The position numbers and the translations under genes were made by a program. Under the pieces are notes generated by a model that had not been told where the DNA came from, did no database searches, and saw only the letters and a list, made by a program, of their open reading frames with translations. This document shows, piece by piece, positions 62,233-64,000 of a stretch of 64,000 bases of DNA. Position 1 is the first letter of the stretch. Every line of letters begins with the position of its first letter. The DNA comes from an uncultured Collinsella sp. (GTDB lineage: Bacteria; Actinomycetota; Coriobacteriia; Coriobacteriales; Coriobacteriaceae): the NCBI GenBank assembly GCA_900547345.1, contig URGG01000001.1, positions 2,994-66,993 of the forward strand, written 5' to 3'.

Positions 62233-63591
62233 ATGAGCGAAACGAACAATGACAACCTGTGGCCGGCCCCGGCCGCTGACGGCCCGCTGAACGCGACCGT
62301 GACCATCCCCGGCAGCAAATCCCTGTCGAATCGGTACCTGATCCTCGCCGTGCTTGGCGCGAAGCCCGTCACGCTTGTCGGGCTGTTGCGCTCGCGCGAC
62401 ACCGAACTGATGATGGGAGCGCTGTCGGCGCTTGGTGTGCGCTGCGACATCGACCCGGAAAACGATACCACAGTCACGGTGACGCCGCCGGAATCCGGCC
62501 GATTCAGCGGCAATGTGGGCGTGTACTGCGGGCTCGCCGGCACGGTGATGCGTTTCGTGCCGGGACTGGCGCTGTTCGCGGACGCCCCGGTGCGGTTCGA
62601 TGGAGACGATCAGGCATACGCGAGGCCGATGCAGCCGGTTCTCGACGGGCTCGAACAGCTCGGCGCCCGCGTCGAATACCACGGCGAGCACGGCCGGTTA
62701 CCGTTCACCATCACGCCACCGCGTCATGATGGTGAACGGGCCGATGACGGTTCCGCTGCCGCCAAGGTGAGCATCGACTCGTCCGGCTCTTCACAGTTCA
62801 TCTCCGGCCTGCTGCTGATCGGGTCGCGCCTGCCCGGTGGGCTGGAGTTGCGGCATACGGGGGAGAAGACGCCGAGCCTGCCGCATATCCGCATGACCGT
62901 CGCTGATGTGAACGGCGCGAGCGGCAATGCGACCGCTGATGAGGAGTCTCGCGTCTGGCGAGTCGGCCATGCCGCGTTGCAGCTGCCGGAACGCGTGGTC
63001 GTCGAACCTGACCTGTCGAATGCGGCGCCGTTCCTCGGCGCGGCTTTGATCGCCGGAGGCACGGTGCGCGTGCCGCACTGGCCTGCTGAGACCACCCAGC
63101 CCGGTGGACTGCTGCCGGGATATCTGGAACGCATGGGCGCGCGCGTCTCGTTCCCCGAAGAGGACGGCGTGCGGTATTGCGAGGTGAGTGGCGACGGCCA
63201 TGTGCATGGTCTTGGTGATTTCGACCTGACCGCGGCAGGGGAGATCGCGCCGTCGCTCGCGGCGATACTGGCGTTTGCCGATGCTCCGACCCGTATGCTC
63301 GGCATCGGTCATCTGCGTGGTCATGAGACAAACCGTCTGGAGGCGCTGGTCACGGAGATCACGCGCATCGGGGGAGAGGCCCGCGAACTGGAGGATGGCA
63401 TCGAGATCACTCCTGTGCCGGTTGAGCGTCTGCACGGTGAGGTGATGGAATCCTACGCTGATCACCGCATGGCGACGTTCGCCGCGATGATCGGGCTGGC
63501 CGTGCCGGGCGTCCGAATCGTCAACGTGGAGACCACGCGCAAGACACTGCCCGATTTCGTGGGCATGTGGACCGGCATGTTGGATCGGTGA
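62233..63591 (+). CDS. aroA: 3-phosphoshikimate 1-carboxyvinyltransferase (EPSP synthase)
   Basis: VTIPGSKSLSNRYLILA, GLAGTVMRFV, LRGHETNRL, DHRMATFAA. The start is uncertain (ATG 62233 or 62161). Confidence 0.9.
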   Translation: MSETNNDNLWPAPAADGPLNATVTIPGSKSLSNRYLILAVLGAKPVTLVGLLRSRDTELMMGALSALGVRCDIDPENDTTVTVTPPESGRFSGNVGVYCGLAGTVMRFVPGLALFADAPVRFDGDDQAYARPMQPVLDGLEQLGARVEYHGEHGRLPFTITPPRHDGERADDGSAAAKVSIDSSGSSQFISGLLLIGSRLPGGLELRHTGEKTPSLPHIRMTVADVNGASGNATADEESRVWRVGHAALQLPERVVVEPDLSNAAPFLGAALIAGGTVRVPHWPAETTQPGGLLPGYLERMGARVSFPEEDGVRYCEVSGDGHVHGLGDFDLTAAGEIAPSLAAILAFADAPTRMLGIGHLRGHETNRLEALVTEITRIGGEARELEDGIEITPVPVERLHGEVMESYADHRMATFAAMIGLAVPGVRIVNVETTRKTLPDFVGMWTGMLDR

Positions 63592-63618
63592 CCGCGACGA
63601 ATATCACGGATATACGAT

Positions 63619-63650
63619 GAGGGGCTGATTCCCAGCGGAATCAGCCCCTC
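63619..63650. terminator. bidirectional hairpin between convergent aroA and ackA
   Basis: GAGGGGCTGATTC-ccagcg-GAATCAGCCCCTC, a perfect 13-bp stem. Confidence 0.8.
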
Positions 63651-63705
63651 AATTATGTTCGTCCGTTTGCGTTTAGACGGACTGCGGCCTGCTAACGGCA
63701 GTTCG

Positions 63706-64000
63706 TCACTTGGCGAACGTGTTGCCGTAAGTGTCCACGCCGTTCTCGGCGATTTCGGCGGACTTGCGGGCGATGGCCAGCTCCTCGTTCGTCGGGATGA
63801 CGGCGATGATCACGGAGGAGTCCGGGGTGGAGATGATGCGCGGCTCCTTGGAGCGCTTCGCGTTCTTCTCCTCATCCAGCTTGACGCCGAACGGGGCGAG
63901 CTTGTCGCACACCATCTTGCGCACGATGTCGTCGTTCTCGCCGACGCCGGCGGTGAAGGTGATTACGTCGCAGCCGCCCATCTGGTAGGTGTAGTTGCCG
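63706..64000 (-). CDS. ackA: acetate kinase, C-terminal part (N-terminus beyond the window end)
   Basis: ...YTYQMGGCDVITFTAGVGENDDIVRKMV...VIPTNEELAIARKSAEI is the typical AckA C-terminus. The reading frame stays open to position 64000. Confidence 0.85.
   Translation of the reverse strand, partial: GNYTYQMGGCDVITFTAGVGENDDIVRKMVCDKLAPFGVKLDEEKNAKRSKEPRIISTPDSSVIIAVIPTNEELAIARKSAEIAENGVDTYGNTFAK

Overview
This is a 64-kb high-G+C actinobacterial chromosome segment. The gene content (Sec-containing SelD, Moco/molybdate genes, Tat-lipoprotein binding proteins, an LAxTG-anchored giant surface protein) suggests a Coriobacteriia-like anaerobe, but that taxonomic call is inference only. From 1 to 31.8 kb the window holds housekeeping genes: thiC with a TPP riboswitch, polA, argG/argH, ndk, rpiB, rpsA, RNase P RNA, metY, xpt, arfB, a CLC-F-like channel, and moeA/mog/modABC. 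From 32.2 to 45.5 kb there is one co-directional 13-gene cluster, which is the most interesting candidate system. It contains two paralogous 2-hydroxyacyl-CoA-dehydratase/double-cubane-cluster-like proteins and their HgdC-type activase, with a five-gene Opp/Nik-type ABC importer sitting between the two paralogs. These are followed by a GT4 glycosyltransferase overlapping selD, then yedF, a DUF3343 carrier and a class-V desulfurase. The selD gene has an in-frame UGA (Sec codon) that the ORF track truncated. From 45.6 to 58.5 kb a single 4295-aa LAxTG-anchored adhesin is built from BspA-type LRR modules, about 19 InlB-B repeats and three Ig/He_PIG/MBG super-repeats. After brnQ, a tRNA-Pro with a mismatched acceptor stem is followed by a decayed integrase, nested inverted repeats, and housekeeping genes (pepE-like, aroA, ackA). 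This marks either an old integration/rearrangement boundary or an assembly chimera. Several families of structured intergenic repeats show compensatory base changes. Small SD-preceded leader-like ORFs are also present, including an Arg/CGA-rich one upstream of argG. The many long antisense ORFs in the track are high-GC artefacts. All functional calls come from reading the translated motifs; no database search was run.
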